The notes: a model not told the origin generated them from the letters alone. DNA of 64,000 bases from Candidatus Bathyarchaeia archaeon (GCA_050015395.1 JBEKBM010000007.1:1-64000); one strand, 5' to 3'. Positions 10,554-20,774 are shown, numbered from the stretch's first letter. Numbers and translations are program-made.

Positions 10554-10764
10554 GCTAGCTACCTCTTGAAACGTCCTAAACGGGAAACGTGAAAAGACGG
10601 GAAGTTGCATTAACGTTTTAGGCTAGCTGCCTCTTGAAACTTAGGCTTAGAATGTACTCAGTAAAAAGCATGGTAAGCATGGAAAATGAAGAGGTAAACT
10701 TAATGCAAAATACCCACTATAGAAGCCACTTTTTGTTAGTGTCCGATTAGCTGCCGTTTGAAAC
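10554..10764. repeat. three degenerate direct repeats ending TTGAAAC
   Basis: GCTAGCT(A/G)CCTCTTGAAAC at 10554-10572 and 10622-10640; TAGCTGCCGTTTGAAAC at 10748-10764. Confidence 0.65.
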
Positions 10765-10878
10765 TGCCTTTTCCAGTTCCGTTAAATCAGCTATGACTTT
10801 ATTCCTTACAAGTCAGCATATAAAACCCGATGTATTATAATACAAATTCCTTGAAATTCTCGGAAAAAACACAAGAAA

Positions 10879-10971
10879 TTATAGGATTCCAGCGAGCGCG
10901 CCCACTACTGTTGAAGCTATAAAAAGTACAATAATGCCGATAACTACGATTTTTTTAGTTGAAGACTTCAT
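10879..10971 (-). CDS. 30-aa single-TM peptide (not in ORF track)
   Basis: MKSSTKKIVVIGIIVLFIASTVVGALAGIL*; AT-rich TATA-like sequence upstream. Confidence 0.35.
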   Translation of the reverse strand: MKSSTKKIVVIGIIVLFIASTVVGALAGIL

Positions 10972-11337
10972 TTTTAATCTATCCTTATCTAAATGATTAC
11001 TCCATATAAAAGTTAGAGCTCAAGTTCAAGCTCGTTTAAATCAACAACCAAACGATTAATTAAAAAATTGCACTTCTCAGGGTTTCTTTTCTTAAACTGC
11101 TCAAGGCGATAACGTGACCTCATAAAGGCATTCCAGCCCTTCTTATTTTTGATGTTGCTACAGTTGTCAACAAGCAAGGAAGGCAGTTTACGCTTAACCC
11201 TAGCAGCGTTAACCATGCTGGAAGGCCTCCAAAAATGAAAAAGGGAATTGTGCGCGGGTGACATCACCCATTTTGCTTAAACCAAACAATAACGTGATTT
11301 TATGAAGTAAAGTACCGAATCGTCGTCTTCTTTAGAA

Positions 11338-11412
11338 ACGCAAACGAACGCAGATAAACGCAGAAAGACGCAGGAACACGCAGAAAAACGCAAGCAAACG
11401 CGTAGAGACGCA
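11338..11412. repeat. phased array: 8 x ACGC(A) at exact 10-bp period
   Basis: ACGC starts at 11338, 11348, 11358, 11368, 11378, 11388, 11398, 11408. Confidence 0.9.
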
Positions 11413-11541
11413 ACCTGCAAACAAAACAAACCCCAAAACAAAAAAACAAGCCAAAACACAAAAAACAAAATTTAAAAAAAGGCAGTTTAGATAAGCCTTT
11501 AAACGTAAGTACAGCATTTAAGCAACAAGCCTGCTTATTCA

Positions 11542-14500
11542 TTGAAGTTAGGAGCGATCGGGGTATTGGAAGAGAAAGCAAGCAAGTCAAGTCCTAAGCC
11601 TATAGTAGGTTTGCCTTCGCTTGATGCGTCGGGGCTAGCCGAGTTTATCCGTTTTGATTGTTGCCCCCGTTACTTTAAACTTCGATTTGAAGGTGACGAG
11701 GAGAGTTGCCACAAATGGCCTGAGGCTTTCAAACCATTAAGTCCCTTGCTGTATGGTGCAGGTAAAAAGATAGAAGAGAAGAAAGTGCAGGAATTAAAAG
11801 CAAAAGCTGCTGACTACCGTGACTTAAGCGATTTTAACCCGAAGACAGACGATTGGGAGAGCGCTTGGAAAAAAACTCTTCAAACCATAATGGGCCTTCT
11901 TGAATGCTCACTTTCTGCTAAAACGGAGACCGCGTACAAGCCTGTTTTGATTTATCAAGCCCCTATGAAGGGGCATATTGGCGTGTGGGACATAAAAGGC
12001 ATAGCTGACCTAATTGGTATATGGCCAAGCAAGAATGGTAAAGTTAAAGTCCGCATTTTTGAAATAAAATCTTCTTGGAAGGAGCAGACGGCTCACCGTA
12101 TACAAGTTGCAATTTATGTGCTTTTGCTTACCAAAGGCTTAGGTGACTTCTCGTCTAATGCTGATTTTGAAGGATGTGTGATTAACAAAGAATCGGATTT
12201 AGAGAAGCTTGACGCTGAAAGTCTTCCGCCCTTTAGACTTGAGCCGCTAATCCAAGATGTTCAAAGACTTCTCTGCGGAAACGGCGAACTTTACCGAATC
12301 CACCAAATCGCCCTCTCAGAAGTGGCGTATCAGCTCTCTTGGCGATGTGATAACTGCGGCTTTAACGAATGCTGTGTTGTTCGTGCAATAGAAAAAGAGA
12401 GTGTTACACTGCTTAATTTGACTCGGGGGGAGCAGAAGGCACTAAAATGTTATGGGATTTTACGGCTGGAAGACCTTGCTAGGTTAAAGGTGGTGCCTGA
12501 TTCAGATGATCAGCGTCCCTACAACTTTAAGGAGATTCCAGCCTTAGACCCGCAAAAAGTCCAGTTGTTGTCTGCTGATCCTGTAATAGGTGCCAAGCTT
12601 GATAAAATAATTCAAAGGGCTCAATTCATGCTATACGAGATACGACCCACCAGTCCATATGTAAATAAGGTTAGAGCGATGCCATGGCTCACAGGCACTG
12701 GTTATGGAAATTTGCCTGAAGATAGTCCCCAGCTTGGGGCAGATACGGCGCTTTCGTTTAAACCTGATGGCATGATTCGGGTGTACTTCCATATTGAATG
12801 GGATTACATGCTAGATATTCTTTCGATGATTAGCGCTAGAGTAAGCTGCACACGGAACCGAGGACAATCAATAAGCATATCAAAAATTATCAATAGTCTT
12901 CCAGATCAACGACAAAAATGCTTCGATGAGGAAAAAAACATGCTAGAGGCATTTTTTGCAGACGTTGCTAAGGCTATCATTGATATAGCCGCAGAGGTTG
13001 GGAGTCCAGATGAGGCTCCGATTCACCTTTACTTCTATACTCGACGCGAGCGAGATCTACTTATGGATGCAGTACGGCGTCAACCTTCTTTAATGACCGC
13101 CCATGCAGTGCAAGACCTTTTGGGTCTTAGGCAAGCAATCGATCAACCTATGTTTTCCATTTTACAAGACGAAATTGTATCAAGAAAAGCTGCGGGGTAT
13201 CACAGCACAGGGCTTTTACCTGTTCTTAAGCAATGTGGCTTTTTCGATGCTAACCAATGGGTAGTTAAACGCAAAGATGGATCACTTTTAGATCTACGTT
13301 CAGTTTTTCGTGATGGCTTCTTTAACTTTGAACTGCCTTACACACGAACTCCAACAGGTTCCATTTCATTTATACTTGGACGTGAAGATGTAAGACACAA
13401 AGAAGGCTATTATCCTGCGCGCGCCCGTTTTGGAAACCAAATTCCAATTGAATATTTATGGGCTGCCAAAGGTCGGCTTGACAGTAGCCAAGGAAAAGGC
13501 TTTCTTGAAAAATTTATGATAGAGAAACGTATGTGGTGCGATTACCCGCATAAGACGCGAAGAATCAGCGACGAGGATTTAACCCTGCTTGGTGCAAGGC
13601 TTTGCTTGGCTCTTGAACATATAGAGCGGTCGCTGACTATACGCAATCGACGCTTAGGCAAAAAACCAATAGATATTCCAAAAATCCCCGAGTTCACATT
13701 GGGACATGCAACGCTGGAGAGAAGTTGCAGGGAGTTTTTGGATTTGGAGTATTTTGCCAAGCGCCAAGAATTATATCAGCATTACGCTTTGCTTCCATGC
13801 CAACGGGTAGCCACTGGCAGATCAGTGATTTTTGAATGTTTAAGCGCTGAGGAGACGGATCGGGATTTTATGGTTAGAGGCAAGTTGATTTATGAGGGGC
13901 TTGGGTTACCAAAATCGGAGTGTATTGTTAATGCTTGCAGAGTCAAGGGGTCTGACGATTCAGGCTCTGGCGATTGGATGGTTGCGACTGAAATTAGAAT
14001 AAATGAGCAGGAACAGTTTGAGGAAGCCAAGAAAAGGTCACCTTCACAAGTAGAAAAATCAGCTCGCGTTATCGTTGAAAAAGTTGATTTGCGAAAAATG
14101 GAGCTAACCATTAAAGTGGTCAGTTGGCCCAGCGGCAAAAGTAGGCGTTATAGTACTTGGCATGATCTTCCAACTACTGACAAAGACAAAGCTAGAAATA
14201 GTAAACACATGCAGCTCTTTGAAGTGGGACGCAAGTATATTTTAGATGAATTAGCAGATGATATTATTTCGGAGCGGGCAGCTAAATGCCTTGACTACGC
14301 AGCCAACAACGAGTTATATTGCTTGCTGGAAGGGTTTTTGGCGGGTACAAACAAACCTTCAGAACGCAGCGGGTTAGCTAAGGAGCATGCCATGGCTTTC
14401 TTAGGTTGGGTTGAACACACAAGCTTTCCACCTAAACCAGAACAGAACCGTTTCATTGACCGGGTTTTTGGCAAGGAACAGGTTGTTATGCTTCAAGGTC

Positions 14501-15915
14501 CACCGGGCACAGGTAAAACTGAAACTTTACAATTAGCAGTGCTTGCCCATATTGCCTCACATAATGCAGTCGGCAGGTGCCGTGTGTTGATGGTTGCGCC
14601 TACCCATAAGGCGATTTATGAATTTGTTAACAAGCTAGCTAAGTCTTGGGGAAATTACCGCAAAGAAGGCAGCAGTGACTTAGCAGATCTTAGAATTTAT
14701 CGAGTTTTAAATAATGTTGTTTCTTCAGTTAAAGCCATTGACGGCGTAACATACGTCAACTACAACGAAGACGAAAAGGTAGTTACAGAATTAAAAGATG
14801 CTTTATCAAGTCAAGATAAGCTAGTTTCTGATTCAACTGGTGCTTTTCCTCTGGTTTTATGTGTAACGCCGCCTGGCTTGTATGGTCTTATGAAAAAGAT
14901 TGGAGGCAAGGAGCCTTCTTGGGACGAAGGCTTCTTTGACTTACTGGTTGTTGATGAGGCGAGTATGATGCGGCTTCCTGAGTTGATTCTTTCAGGCGCA
15001 TTTGTCAACAAGAATGCTCAGATTCTGGTTGCGGGAGACCATCGGCAGTTGCCGCCAATTCAATCGCATAATTGGGAAAAAGAGGATCGGCGTACCATTG
15101 AGGAGATGGCTTCATTCTTATCTGCTGTGGATTTCCTTCGTTTACTACGTCAAGAAGACTTGGGGATTGACCATGTTAAATCTCTGCATAAGGCTGATAT
15201 TCCTACTGAACGCTTAAGCGAAACCCACCGATGTCACCAAGTAGTTGCACAGTTTCTAAGAGAATGGGTATACCACAAAGACGGAATTGATTTTCGTTCT
15301 GACCAAACGCAAACTCTATCTTCTGTGGCTACTTCAACAGAGGGGTTGAAAGTTGTTTTGGAGCCAGAGAATATTTTTGTCCTAGTTGTCCATGACGAGA
15401 CGGAGAGTTTTCAATCAAATTTAGTCGAGGCAAAGATTGTTGACGCCCTAGTCCGTAGTGGTGTAAAGTCGGAAGGTGTGGGTATAGTTACTCCGCATAA
15501 TGCTCAACGAGGAGTAGTCAAGAATTTGCTGCTTGACGGTTACGAAAATGTACGGGTTGATACGGTCGAGCGGTACCAAGGCGGAGAAGGCGACTTCATA
15601 ATCATATCCTCAACTGTAAGCGACCCCGACTATGTACGCTCAGAAAGTGATTTCTTGCTAAACTTAAACCGCATAAACGTCGCCATCTCCCGAATGAAAA
15701 AGAAACTTGTAATCGTTGCAAGCCAATCAATTTTTGAATTTATGCCTCAAGACGCCAAAGACTACGATAAAGCCCTCCTCTGGAGAGGCATAGCCCAAAC
15801 CGTAGGCTTCACCGCAAACTCTAACCCCAAATGGAAAGGCTCACTGTCTGACTTTTTAGGAAAAACCTCTCAAAAAGTTGAGATTGAAGTTTACGCCAAA
15901 TCCAGTACTGCATAG
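11542..15915 (+). CDS. Cas4/RecB-like PD-(D/E)XK nuclease fused to Dna2/Upf1-like SF1 helicase
   Basis: 'CCPRYF', 'GIADLIG...IFEIKSS...HRIQV.IY', 'CDNCGFNECC' (Fe-S staple); 'QGPPGTGKT', 'VVDEASM', 'GDHRQLPP', 'TVERYQGGE', 'RINVAISR'. Confidence 0.9.
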   Translation: MKLGAIGVLEEKASKSSPKPIVGLPSLDASGLAEFIRFDCCPRYFKLRFEGDEESCHKWPEAFKPLSPLLYGAGKKIEEKKVQELKAKAADYRDLSDFNPKTDDWESAWKKTLQTIMGLLECSLSAKTETAYKPVLIYQAPMKGHIGVWDIKGIADLIGIWPSKNGKVKVRIFEIKSSWKEQTAHRIQVAIYVLLLTKGLGDFSSNADFEGCVINKESDLEKLDAESLPPFRLEPLIQDVQRLLCGNGELYRIHQIALSEVAYQLSWRCDNCGFNECCVVRAIEKESVTLLNLTRGEQKALKCYGILRLEDLARLKVVPDSDDQRPYNFKEIPALDPQKVQLLSADPVIGAKLDKIIQRAQFMLYEIRPTSPYVNKVRAMPWLTGTGYGNLPEDSPQLGADTALSFKPDGMIRVYFHIEWDYMLDILSMISARVSCTRNRGQSISISKIINSLPDQRQKCFDEEKNMLEAFFADVAKAIIDIAAEVGSPDEAPIHLYFYTRRERDLLMDAVRRQPSLMTAHAVQDLLGLRQAIDQPMFSILQDEIVSRKAAGYHSTGLLPVLKQCGFFDANQWVVKRKDGSLLDLRSVFRDGFFNFELPYTRTPTGSISFILGREDVRHKEGYYPARARFGNQIPIEYLWAAKGRLDSSQGKGFLEKFMIEKRMWCDYPHKTRRISDEDLTLLGARLCLALEHIERSLTIRNRRLGKKPIDIPKIPEFTLGHATLERSCREFLDLEYFAKRQELYQHYALLPCQRVATGRSVIFECLSAEETDRDFMVRGKLIYEGLGLPKSECIVNACRVKGSDDSGSGDWMVATEIRINEQEQFEEAKKRSPSQVEKSARVIVEKVDLRKMELTIKVVSWPSGKSRRYSTWHDLPTTDKDKARNSKHMQLFEVGRKYILDELADDIISERAAKCLDYAANNELYCLLEGFLAGTNKPSERSGLAKEHAMAFLGWVEHTSFPPKPEQNRFIDRVFGKEQVVMLQGPPGTGKTETLQLAVLAHIASHNAVGRCRVLMVAPTHKAIYEFVNKLAKSWGNYRKEGSSDLADLRIYRVLNNVVSSVKAIDGVTYVNYNEDEKVVTELKDALSSQDKLVSDSTGAFPLVLCVTPPGLYGLMKKIGGKEPSWDEGFFDLLVVDEASMMRLPELILSGAFVNKNAQILVAGDHRQLPPIQSHNWEKEDRRTIEEMASFLSAVDFLRLLRQEDLGIDHVKSLHKADIPTERLSETHRCHQVVAQFLREWVYHKDGIDFRSDQTQTLSSVATSTEGLKVVLEPENIFVLVVHDETESFQSNLVEAKIVDALVRSGVKSEGVGIVTPHNAQRGVVKNLLLDGYENVRVDTVERYQGGEGDFIIISSTVSDPDYVRSESDFLLNLNRINVAISRMKKKLVIVASQSIFEFMPQDAKDYDKALLWRGIAQTVGFTANSNPKWKGSLSDFLGKTSQKVEIEVYAKSSTA

Positions 15916-15994
15916 CATATCTTTAGGTAAAAGTTAGATATCGAATGTAAAACTGCACAAATAGGATACATTTTTTTAAAAAAAAGAAAAGAGT

Positions 15995-18079
15995 TTAGGT
16001 TAGGTTGATTTCGCCTATTTGCGTCATGTTTGTTAGGCTGGTTAGTTGCACTTCTGAGTTTGATATTGTATAGAGCGTGTTGCCGATGTATAGTGACCTT
16101 GTTATCCAGTCGTTTTGGCTGTTGTAGTAAGCTGAGCTGTCAGTCATGAATCCTTGGCTGTCTAGTAATGTCGAGTTTAAGTGTGTAACGGTGCCCTCCA
16201 GAGTAAAGCCGCCGTTTAAGCTTAGGTTGAAGATGTATGCTCCTTGCCAATATTCCGTGTTGCTACTACTAATTATGACGCCTGGATTGGCTACTGGCGC
16301 TGAGGGTGGAATTATCTGAGAAGTGTTCGTATTGTTGCCCACGATATTGTTATAGTAATAGTTGTTTATTGAAACAGGGATAACTAGCAGTTGCTTTTGC
16401 AGGTCAAAGAGGAAAGCTTTCGGGTCATTAAGCGCGGTGGAAGTTGTATAGTTGCCTTCAACGTTGTACGTTGCTATTTCAGTGGGGTTATTGATGTCTG
16501 TTACGTCGAAGAGCGAGAGCTTGAGAGTATTGCTCTCCACCCCTGAACTTATGTTAGTCTCTTCTCCTAAACCGATAACGTGGTTTGCATCATAAGGCTG
16601 AAGATAGCTTGAGTAGCCAGGGATTGTTAGTTCGCCAGCAACTTTGGGTGCTTCTGGATTACTTAGGTCAATTACGAAGAATGGGTCAGTCTGATGAAAC
16701 GTTACCAGGTAACCTCTATCGCCCATGAATCGCACTGCATAGAGGTTTTCGTTTTGTGCAAGACCTTCAAGTTTGCCTACAATGCTCAAGTTGGAGTTTA
16801 ACACATAAACGTTGTTTATTTCTGTGTTACTTTGCCACCAGTTGGTTGCTACTCTGAAATAGCCGTTGTACTCGTCCATTGAGTACTGGTTTATAGTGTA
16901 GCCGGGCACGTTGCCTTGTGCTTCAAAGGTTAATTGGGTTCCGTTAATGCTGACTCTGTAAATCGAAGTGTACTGCCCTCCGTCGGTCCATGTTGGGTAG
17001 GTTACGTACATGTTGTTTTGGGAAACGTACATTGTGCTGGCTCCTCCCATCATAACAGTCATGTTGGATGGCTGTTGTGTGTCGTTTGAGATGTTGATGC
17101 CGAAGAAGCTTGTGAAGGTATAGTAGCTTGGTTGTACCATGTCAGCGTAATAAACGGATGTTGGTGAAATGTCACATTCATTGTCGCCGTTGTAGATTGC
17201 TGGAAGGGTAACAGTGTTATTATAATCCATTGCAGGTTGGCTAACGACGGCGTAAACGTAGTTGCCTATCATTCTGGAATCGAAGTAGCTTCCGCTGACA
17301 GTAAAGTTTCTGGTGAGCACAGGATCGGCTTTGTTGGATACGTCGTAGACGTTAATGTAGGTGTAGACATCGGCTTGATAGGCTGGTATCATTGGCATTC
17401 CAATAGAACCTGAATTTGGCATAGGGACAGCTCCAAGGACGAGAGGGTAAGCGTAAGTTTGATATTTGCTTGCTAAAACTACAAGCTTAGTGCCATCTGG
17501 GCTCAGGAATAATCCTGCGGGTTCAGTGTCGTTGCCAAGAGGTATCTTTGATACGACTTGCGGGTTCTGCGGGTCAGCATTTATGATGTAAACGGCGTTG
17601 CTTGTTTCTGGGTTGTAGCCGCCGAAATAGTAGCCTGTGTTTTGGGTTGTGGATACTGTGTAGATGTATTGGCCATCTGTTTTCACTGTGTCTGCTTCAT
17701 CAACCCCCGCGACTTGAACATTAGTGGTTGAAAAACTTTCACTTGATTGAGGCCAATAGGTAGAGGGCTCATTTTGTGAATTGCCTGTTGTCGATGAAGT
17801 TGAAGCTGGCTCCGGAACCGGAGCTTGTTCACCGAAAAACTGGGAGTCTAAAGGTCCTCCAGCAAAAGAGTTGCTTCCTTGCGAAGTATTATTTATGTAG
17901 TTTTTGAGTTCTTGCAGGGAAGAGAAAGTTTTCATTCCCGACACAGAGGGCGTTTGATTTGGCGGAAATATGACTGGAGTTGCGGCGAAAACGTAAATCA
18001 TGCTGACTAAGATTATGGCTGAGAGTACTGCGACAGCTCCGTAAATTTTCGTTTTTTTCCTAACTTCTTTCTGTACCAT
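15995..18079 (-). CDS. membrane-anchored secreted beta-propeller domain protein
   Basis: N-terminal TM; 'TNVQVAGVDEADTVKTDG', 'NQYSMDEY', 'YLVTF..TDP', 'IPGYSSYL'. Confidence 0.85.
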   Translation of the reverse strand: MVQKEVRKKTKIYGAVAVLSAIILVSMIYVFAATPVIFPPNQTPSVSGMKTFSSLQELKNYINNTSQGSNSFAGGPLDSQFFGEQAPVPEPASTSSTTGNSQNEPSTYWPQSSESFSTTNVQVAGVDEADTVKTDGQYIYTVSTTQNTGYYFGGYNPETSNAVYIINADPQNPQVVSKIPLGNDTEPAGLFLSPDGTKLVVLASKYQTYAYPLVLGAVPMPNSGSIGMPMIPAYQADVYTYINVYDVSNKADPVLTRNFTVSGSYFDSRMIGNYVYAVVSQPAMDYNNTVTLPAIYNGDNECDISPTSVYYADMVQPSYYTFTSFFGINISNDTQQPSNMTVMMGGASTMYVSQNNMYVTYPTWTDGGQYTSIYRVSINGTQLTFEAQGNVPGYTINQYSMDEYNGYFRVATNWWQSNTEINNVYVLNSNLSIVGKLEGLAQNENLYAVRFMGDRGYLVTFHQTDPFFVIDLSNPEAPKVAGELTIPGYSSYLQPYDANHVIGLGEETNISSGVESNTLKLSLFDVTDINNPTEIATYNVEGNYTTSTALNDPKAFLFDLQKQLLVIPVSINNYYYNNIVGNNTNTSQIIPPSAPVANPGVIISSSNTEYWQGAYIFNLSLNGGFTLEGTVTHLNSTLLDSQGFMTDSSAYYNSQNDWITRSLYIGNTLYTISNSEVQLTSLTNMTQIGEINLT

Positions 18080-18136
18080 ACACTTTTTTCTCCATGCTAA
18101 GGGTAAGTTAGATTTTTTATTTTATGCTAAGCATGC

Positions 18137-18154
18137 GAACAGGTTGTTCTAACA
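18137..18154. promoter_or_regulatory. putative operator GAACA-N3-TGTTC(TAACA) upstream of the beta-propeller gene
   Basis: GAACAGGTTGTTCTAACA; inverted near-copy at 18656-18673. Confidence 0.55.
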
Positions 18155-18155
18155 T

Positions 18156-18602
18156 TTAGAACGGCCTCATTGCCCATACGCGGTAAGCCTCGTACCAGAA
18201 TATTGTGCAAACGATTGCTCCAAACGAGAGTATGAATAGGTTATCTCGGGTGAAACCGTTGAACAAAACCGCCAAATAAGCGATATAGAATACGGTGGAG
18301 AACAACGCATAGAAGAAGTATCTTGGAAAAAGCAGTTTCCCAAGCTTAACGAAATGGCGAAGCACACCAATCTTTACTTCACTAACCAGCGAGTAGTGAC
18401 CGCCAATTTCCTGCTTTTGCACTAAGCCTAACTCACGCAACTGCTCAAGATGATGGAAAGCAATGCTGGGACTGCTAAAATGCAGGGCACGCTGAACTTC
18501 ACGGACTCCTACGGGACTGCCTTTTTTGAGAAGAAACCAGTAGACCTTCCACGCTTTGCCTCGCAGGGCGTACTCAAGCTCTGTTTCGTCCTTCCCATTC
18601 AA
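18156..18602 (-). CDS. membrane-anchored winged-helix transcription regulator
   Basis: 'VGVREVQRALHFSSPSIAFHHLEQL.ELGLV' wHTH plus two C-terminal TM helices. Confidence 0.8.
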   Translation of the reverse strand: MNGKDETELEYALRGKAWKVYWFLLKKGSPVGVREVQRALHFSSPSIAFHHLEQLRELGLVQKQEIGGHYSLVSEVKIGVLRHFVKLGKLLFPRYFFYALFSTVFYIAYLAVLFNGFTRDNLFILSFGAIVCTIFWYEAYRVWAMRPF

Positions 18603-18655
18603 CCAGCTGAACCCTCAAGGAACAAACAACGTTGAGAGTAACATATAAGTCCAAT

Positions 18656-18673
18656 TGTTAGAACAGCTTGTTC
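18656..18673. promoter_or_regulatory. putative operator upstream of the wHTH-TM regulator
   Basis: TGTTAGAACAGCTTGTTC; reverse complement matches 18137-18154 at 16/18. Confidence 0.55.
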
Positions 18674-19002
18674 TTATAACTTAATCAACATAGAGGGGTT
18701 AATGTCCTGAATGAGTAAATAGAATTCGAGACCCACACTTAGGGCACTGGTGATAAATTACTTGTTATTGACTGTTACATTTAGGTTTCATTTCTACGTA
18801 GCAAGAAGGGCAAAGAGGCGACTTAGTCATGGCTCATTAAATCCTTAGCTATCTTATTTCGATATAACTCTTACTTACAAAAACTCCAGGTTAATTCAGG
18901 TAAAAACACCAAAAGCAGAAACCAAACCACAAGAAAAGAATATCAAAAACACATAAACAAAAGAAAAAAAGAAGAGGCTAAAAGAAGAAGTGTTTAGTTG
19001 CC

Positions 19003-19656
19003 TTAAGTTTGTGATTTGTTGCTTGCTGCGCCGGCTGGCATTCCAGGAGGCAAATCAGGGAAGTTTGAGCTAACTCTTTGTTCTGCGACGATTGCTGCTT
19101 CGGCAAGGATTTTTTCAGTATCCTCGTTTACAGAGTTGAAGTTCAGTGACATTCCACTGCTTGTTCCGGCTTCAAACATTAAACCGCTCAGCATGTTGCC
19201 GATGTCGCCCAGCTCATTTTCGGCTTCAGGCAAAACACCGCCCAATCCAGTGCTGACACTGCGAAGTACTCCAACGCATGGTCCCAATGCGGAAATGACG
19301 TCTCCTAGCTCGGTTACTGTCTTTATGCGTAGCGATACCTGGTCTAGTGCAAGTCTTGCGTTCATGATAAGTTTTGACATTTTACGGATTTCAGCTAGTT
19401 CATTAGCGTAAATGTTAGCGTGCGCCGAATCATGTTGAGTGTAAGCATTTACTATTTTAGCGAATAGAGCCTTGTCTTTCTCTGTGAAGCGTTCATTGGC
19501 CTGGTCTAGCTTGTCGATTTGCAAGTCAAGTTTTTTGACAGCTAAGTCTAAGGCTGGCTTTAGTAGTGGTGTCGGCTGAATTGTGTTGCGTATTGTGCTA
19601 CCGAATGATTCTTCTTCTTTTTTAGGTTCCCATTTTTTAGCGAAATTTTCAGACAT
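19003..19656 (-). CDS. ESCRT-III/Snf7 family protein (CdvB paralog)
   Basis: 'ANIYANELAEIRK', 'LALDQVSLRIKTVTELGD', 'EKILAEAA.VAE.R....FPDLP'; start moved to ATG 19656. Confidence 0.85.
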   Translation of the reverse strand: MSENFAKKWEPKKEEESFGSTIRNTIQPTPLLKPALDLAVKKLDLQIDKLDQANERFTEKDKALFAKIVNAYTQHDSAHANIYANELAEIRKMSKLIMNARLALDQVSLRIKTVTELGDVISALGPCVGVLRSVSTGLGGVLPEAENELGDIGNMLSGLMFEAGTSSGMSLNFNSVNEDTEKILAEAAIVAEQRVSSNFPDLPPGMPAGAASNKSQT

Positions 19657-19747
19657 GTTAACATCCTCTTGAATGATGATGCAACATAATGGGGATTTAA
19701 TTGTTGCTAACATGCACGTATATATGTTCAAAATAACAGCGTGTTTT

Positions 19748-20599
19748 TCACTTGAAGGTGCCAAAAATGTAAGCTAACAAACCAAAAATGAACCACAAAA
19801 GAACCATATTTTTTATTCGCCGAGAATTATCACGCGAATAATCCTTAAGCAAAAGCACCGAAGAACCTGCAAGTCCAAAATCAGTCACCAAAACAAACGG
19901 CACAAACCAGATTGACACCAAACCTAAAAGCCAGGTAACAGGCGTCAAAGCTACTGCAGTGATGTAAAAAACTGTGGCTGCAATGGCAGTTTTCTTTTCA
20001 CCATAGCGCACCGCTAAAGTTTTCACCCCTTCCGCGCTGTCGCCTTTAACGTCAACGATTCCCTTAGTGATTTCCCTGCCTGTGTTTGATAGAAAAGCCA
20101 TAGAAGCGAACAACACCACGTTCAACTTAACAAAACCAAAAGCAACTATGCTGCCGTAAAGGAAGGGAATAGCAACGCAGGCGCTGACCAAAAAGTTCCC
20201 GGGTAATCCACTTCGCTTGCCTACCGTAAGGTACGTTGCAGTTATAACCAGAGAGGCCGCCGCCACGGCAAAACACAGGACGCTTACCTTAAAAGCGAAA
20301 AAGAAACCCACAGCCGAAAGCACAACAACAAAAGCCAAAGCTTCACGGGTTTTCACCAAGCCGCTTGGAATGGGGTGGGATGGCTCATTGATGGCGTCAA
20401 TACCGCGGTCATAATAGTCGTTGATAACCATGGCTGCAGCGCAAAAAGTGAAGCCTGTCAGGAAACCGAACGTGATGCTGAGCCAGTTAAGGCCTCCAAA
20501 TTGGGGGCTGGCAAGAACTGCGCCTACAAGCACGGCGAAACCCATCATGACACAGTTGACTGGTCGCATTAACCTGATGAAGCCGCCAAGTTTGTTCAT
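19748..20599 (-). CDS. digeranylgeranylglyceryl phosphate synthase (UbiA family)
   Basis: 'RLMRPVN', 'NDYYDRGIDAINEP..PIPSG', 'REITKGIVDVKGD..EG..TL'. Confidence 0.88.
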   Translation of the reverse strand: MNKLGGFIRLMRPVNCVMMGFAVLVGAVLASPQFGGLNWLSITFGFLTGFTFCAAAMVINDYYDRGIDAINEPSHPIPSGLVKTREALAFVVVLSAVGFFFAFKVSVLCFAVAAASLVITATYLTVGKRSGLPGNFLVSACVAIPFLYGSIVAFGFVKLNVVLFASMAFLSNTGREITKGIVDVKGDSAEGVKTLAVRYGEKKTAIAATVFYITAVALTPVTWLLGLVSIWFVPFVLVTDFGLAGSSVLLLKDYSRDNSRRIKNMVLLWFIFGLLAYIFGTFK

Positions 20600-20750
20600 A
20601 CCGCGCGAACCATTTAACTGTTAAGTCTCTCCTCAACATGCGTATAAAAGCTTATACCATTACTTCTGCGTTTATATGTATACTTTGGATACCTAAAGAT
20701 TTGAGAACCTTTTTGGTTTTTTTATAGAAAACATGCTTAGTCTTTTCAAG

Positions 20751-20774
20751 TGGCGCCGGAGGGGATTCGAACCC
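20751..20774 (-). other. orphan tRNA 3'-end fragment (att-site relic)
   Basis: Reverse complement GGGTTCGAATCCCCTCCGGCGCCA = T-loop + acceptor 3' strand + GCCA; no 5' half nearby. Confidence 0.65.

Noticed and set aside
10554-10764. Bona fide CRISPR array
   Set aside because: Only three degenerate, unevenly spaced repeats and no cas1/cas2/cas6; kept only as a weak finding.
11013-11590. Overlapping minus-strand ORFs (11013, 11277, 11300, 11332)
   Set aside because: Three are Phe/Cys/Leu-rich translations of the 10-bp array and A-tracts; 11013-11267 has no recognisable motif.
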